A stretch of DNA of 32,000 bases. It comes from Candidatus Iainarchaeum sp. Its GTDB lineage: Archaea; Iainarchaeota; Iainarchaeia; Iainarchaeales; 0-14-0-20-30-16. Of this stretch, positions 31,657-32,000 are shown in pieces. Location: NCBI GenBank assembly GCA_028710695.1, contig JAQTTP010000001.1, forward strand, positions 150,001 to 182,000, read 5' to 3'. Position 1 is the first letter of the stretch. Each line of letters starts with the position of its first letter. The translations under genes were made by a program, and so were the position numbers. The notes under the pieces are model-generated. The model saw only the letters and a program-made list of their open reading frames with translations. It was not told where the DNA came from and searched no databases.

Positions 31657-32000
31657 ATGAAGAAATTGATTTGGATAGTTGGGCTATTATTGATTTTGGT
31701 GCTTGTTTTTGTAACATATTACTCTGTACAAAAAAATGCAATTACTGTGGGCGTAATAATCCCCCTTTCTGGCTCTGTTGCTGATTTGGGTTTACAGTCA
31801 AAAAACGGATTTGATCTTGCAATAAATGAGGGCATAGAATTTGAATTTATTTTTGAGGACTCTGTAGGAGACAAAACTGCAGCAATTAACGCTTATAATA
31901 AATTAGTATCTGCAGATAATGCAAAGATAATAATTTGTCAGTTGGGCGGGGTATGTGATGCTTTGGCAGACATTGCTAAAGATAATGATGTTATTCTGTT
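31657..32000 (+). CDS. ABC transporter substrate-binding protein (LivK/branched-chain amino acid type), 5' partial at window edge
   Basis: Hand translation: MKKLIWIVGLLLILVLVFVTYYSVQKNAITVGVIIPLSGSVADLGLQSKNGFDLAINEG... This is an N-terminal anchor plus the I-x-V/I-G-V-I-x-P-L-S/T-G pattern of the Peripla_BP_6 family. It runs off the window end. Confidence 0.6.
   Translation, partial: MKKLIWIVGLLLILVLVFVTYYSVQKNAITVGVIIPLSGSVADLGLQSKNGFDLAINEGIEFEFIFEDSVGDKTAAINAYNKLVSADNAKIIICQLGGVCDALADIAKDNDVIL

Overview
AT-rich, tightly packed archaeal chromosome segment. The archaeal call rests on proteasome alpha, exosome Rrp4/Rrp41/Rrp42, S19e, L39e, L31e, L37Ae, RpoP, aIF6, prefoldin alpha/beta, Pcc1 and aTrm56. 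The compact layout, salvage enzymes and form III RuBisCO suggest a small-genome DPANN-like lineage, but that is inference only. Two conserved archaeal gene strings dominate. The first is the proteasome-exosome superoperon at 5.2-10.4 kb: psmA, SBDS, rrp4, rrp41, rrp42, L37Ae, rpoP, Brix, pcc1, pfdB. The second runs from 12.2 to 16.3 kb: S19e, L39e, L31e, aIF6, pfdA, ftsY, trm56. The rest is accessory. It includes two tRNAs (Thr-GGU, Phe-GAA) with matching upstream palindromes, a Whirly-like ssDNA-binding protein, MscL and two pilin-like genes with class III signal peptides. It also includes a Bud32-like kinase lacking its catalytic Asp, a HAD nucleotidase plus nucleoside hydrolase pair, and KamA. 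Further on lie a PIN protein, a Fic gene overlapping a divergent RNase Z, Hin-type HTH genes (one frameshifted) and a split RsmF-type methyltransferase. The window ends with a compositionally chimeric GNAT, an MFS transporter, a catalytically intact form III RuBisCO behind a repeat-flanked micro-ORF, and a G+C-rich multi-HTH gene. Three genes shorter than the ORF-track cutoff were found by hand: a Cys-rich 52-aa ORF, rpoP and a 25-aa hydrophobic ORF. No CRISPR array, rRNA or intact mobile element was seen. No single clear-cut novel multi-gene system is evident. The strongest leads are the Whirly-like protein, the Bud32-like pseudokinase near pcc1, the 294-aa internally duplicated orphan, the RuBisCO leader repeats and the multi-HTH gene.
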